From assembly GCA_043743715.1 (NCBI GenBank), contig JAYTWK010000055.1, forward strand, positions 10,242 through 74,241: a DNA stretch of 64,000 bases, in the 5' to 3' direction. The position numbers and the translations under genes are program-made. The notes under the pieces are model-generated. The model had not been told where the DNA came from. It was given only the letters and a program-made list of their open reading frames with translations, and did not search any database. Positions 63,996 to 64,000 of the stretch are shown one piece after another. Every line of letters starts with the position of its first letter. Within the stretch, counting starts at the first letter, position 1. The stretch comes from a bacterium (GTDB taxonomy: Bacteria > Patescibacteriota > Minisyncoccia > Phycocordibacterales > UBA6899).

Positions 63996-64000
63996 CAGGT

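Noticed and set aside
1-64000. A search for transposase, integrase, tRNA, rRNA or phage genes as markers of a mobile island.
   Set aside because: I could not recognise any of these. Mobility signals are limited to the small inverted-repeat element and the toxin-antitoxin duplication.

Overview
This 64-kb window is a dense glycan-biosynthesis and glycosylation island. Almost every gene is on the minus strand, and many neighbours overlap by 4 bp, suggesting long co-directional operons. I found no rRNA, tRNA, CRISPR array, transposase or integrase. The organism looks like an uncultured bacterium of moderate GC content. The gene content (Elp3, a CofD/YvcK-like gene, toxin-antitoxin genes, many methyltransferases) would fit a Patescibacteria-like genome, but that is a guess.

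Recognisable content:
- **Nonulosonic-acid pathway (pseudaminic/legionaminic/sialic type):** a PseB/FlaA1-type UDP-GlcNAc 4,6-dehydratase, a DegT aminotransferase, two GNAT acetyltransferases, a NeuB/PseI-family synthase and two SpsF/PseF-type cytidylyltransferases.
- **Keto-sugar amination:** two Gfo/Idh/MocA oxidoreductase plus DegT aminotransferase pairs (WbpB/WbpE-like) and a class-III aminotransferase.
- **Uronic-acid branch:** a UDP-glucose dehydrogenase C-terminal fragment at the window edge, two SDR epimerase/dehydratases, an AsnB-like amidotransferase and two tandem truncated UGDH-like paralogs.
- **Glycosyltransferases and export:** at least four GT4 enzymes, two GT2 polyprenyl-phosphate sugar synthases, a GtrA flippase, two paralogous GT-C-like membrane proteins, a NodB deacetylase, an MsbA-like ABC exporter, a FemAB-like protein and a KpsC/KpsS-like protein.
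- **Methyltransferases:** about eleven class-I SAM methyltransferases.

Unusual items:
1. A citryl-CoA synthetase/lyase (ATP-citrate-lyase-like) trio plus an MFS transporter sits in one operon with pseB and a GNAT. It may be a dedicated acetyl-CoA supply module.
2. A ~118-bp element with 12-bp terminal inverted repeats (CCCGTTAGAnnT ... AnnTCTAACGGG) occurs three times, each copy abutting the start codon of a minus-strand gene.
3. A Doc-toxin / AbrB-antitoxin module is duplicated (~420-bp direct repeats). One toxin copy is inactivated. The other lost its N-terminus and antitoxin and acquired the promoter and first four codons of the adjacent GT2 gene through a 35-bp duplication.
4. A 58-bp perfect palindrome lies upstream of the antitoxin.
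5. A PaaX-like regulator is bracketed by two near-identical palindromic operator-like sites.
6. There are tandem paralog pairs: truncated UGDH-like, Nudix-like, and signal-anchored secreted proteins (one with a propeller-like repeat).
7. A tri-domain nucleotidyltransferase / P-loop / APH-kinase open reading frame (ORF), and an APH-kinase + cytidylyltransferase + HAD phosphatase trio next to NeuB.
8. A translationally coupled pair of proteins with no recognisable family.
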